DNA of 64,000 nucleotides from a virus (taxonomy: Duplodnaviria; Caudoviricetes). The notes under the pieces were generated by a model, which worked only from the letters and a program-made list of their open reading frames with translations, searched no databases and was not told the DNA's origin. Each line of letters begins with the position of its first letter. Position 1 is the stretch's first letter. The DNA is taken from positions 270 to 64,269 of IMG/VR virus record IMGVR_UViG_3300016662_000119; one strand, written 5' to 3'. The translations under genes and the position numbers were made by a program. Below, in pieces: positions 63,108 to 64,000 of this stretch.

Positions 63108-64000
63108 CTGAGGCAGAGTTGCGCGCAGCGGTTGCGCGCGCGCCGAAAAGCCAGCAGGTGCACATTCCTGGCGATCCGCCGATGGCCTTCATCCTCGCGC
63201 TCTACGTCGAGCACGCCGCCAGTCTACGCAGTGGCGACACGTCGAAGCATCATGCGAAACGACTTGGACCTTGGGCGGAGCGCTACAAAGCAAGCCAGGC
63301 CCAGGAGTTTGCCGATCATGTTATCCGTGACATGAGCAAGCTCATACCAAATAAGAAAACCGGAAAACTGGAGCCTGCCTATGCGCCAGCGACGGTGAAC
63401 CGGTCATTGGCCTGTGCAAAAAAAGGATTGCAGTTGGCATGGCGCCAGCGCCTCATTCCTGAAAACTATGGCTTGCGGATCGATAACGTGGTCGTCAACA
63501 ACAAGCGCGAGGTGTTTCTCACGGTTGAGCAAGTTAGGAAGATCGCATCCTTCTGCACGCCGATTGCGCAGGCTGCGATATGGGCGGCGCTGCTGACCGG
63601 TGCCCGCCGCGGTGAACTGTTCCAGATTCAGCGTGAGCATATTGGGAAGGATTCGATCACCTTCCCTGCGAGCAATACTAAAACACTTCGTATGCGCGTG
63701 GTGCCAATCATTCCGGCGTTGCGGCCATGGCTGAAGTATTTTCCATTGGATATGACTTTGTACGGTGTGCAGTCGTCGTGGCGCCGCGCGCGCGTGAAGG
63801 CTGGCATGCCTCACGTGAATTTCCATGACCTGCGCCATTCTTGCGCGAGCATAATGCTGGGCCTGGGCGTGGACCTCTACACCATCAGCAAAATTCTCGG
63901 CCATGCCAATGTGCAAACAACACAGCGCTACGCACACCTGCAGGTGGATGCTCAGCGCCTCGCGCTGGACAAGCTGTCCGCTCTGGTGGTGGCAAAGTAA
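62996..64000 (+). CDS. int: Tyrosine recombinase (integrase)
   Basis: AAAGGA RBS and ATG at 62996. Catalytic residues in TGARRGE, FHDLRHS, LGH and TQRY. Confidence 0.93.
   Translation: MSIWDDKKGRKHVGIMVDGKRIHRKLPEGATTSDAKLAEAELRAAVARAPKSQQVHIPGDPPMAFILALYVEHAASLRSGDTSKHHAKRLGPWAERYKASQAQEFADHVIRDMSKLIPNKKTGKLEPAYAPATVNRSLACAKKGLQLAWRQRLIPENYGLRIDNVVVNNKREVFLTVEQVRKIASFCTPIAQAAIWAALLTGARRGELFQIQREHIGKDSITFPASNTKTLRMRVVPIIPALRPWLKYFPLDMTLYGVQSSWRRARVKAGMPHVNFHDLRHSCASIMLGLGVDLYTISKILGHANVQTTQRYAHLQVDAQRLALDKLSALVVAK

Larger units (their letters stand above)
1..64000. mobile_element. Temperate siphovirus-like prophage, near complete
   Basis: Complete ordered modules for lysis, tail, head, packaging, replication, immunity, recombination and integration. 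Att sites are not identified within the window. Confidence 0.95.

Noticed and set aside
1-64000. CRISPR array, IS elements and att core duplication
   Set aside because: No regularly spaced repeats or transposase were seen. The integrase ends at the last base and the leftmost gene runs off the edge, so att sites probably lie outside the window.

Overview
The window is almost entirely one temperate long-tailed (siphovirus-like) prophage with lambdoid organisation. A Betaproteobacterial host, probably Janthinobacterium/Oxalobacteraceae-like, is inferred from GC-rich codon style, a PEP-CTERM cargo gene and gene content; it is not shown directly. Left to right, the minus strand carries an SOS-box-linked gene pair, a Dam-like methylase, lysis genes (spanins, M15 endolysin, holin), tail fibre and tail genes, the tape measure protein, a P22 immI-like arc/mnt/antirepressor module, tail chaperones joined by a -1 frameshift, head-tail genes, capsid, scaffold, MuF, portal, terminase, tRNA-Gly, Q-like antiterminator, replication genes, a C5 methylase and cro. 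The plus strand carries cI, an immunity-region cargo block, RecT/YqaJ recombination genes, NinB, RdgC, xis and a tyrosine integrase that ends at the window edge. No att site is visible. The strongest candidates for new biology are accessory genes. (1) A HipA-like kinase plus a DUF3037-like partner sit at the rexAB-equivalent position between cI and OL. (2) Three antisense membrane-protein morons share a W-x-Q-A-[VI]-G-S motif. (3) Two paralogous secreted Cys-pair proteins each lie beside one of the two repression modules. (4) An alternate-frame ORF nested in the cytosine methylase resembles an M.EcoHK31I beta-type subunit. (5) PEP-CTERM, GIY-YIG-like and lectin-like morons are also present. 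All family calls come from recognised motifs; no database search was run.
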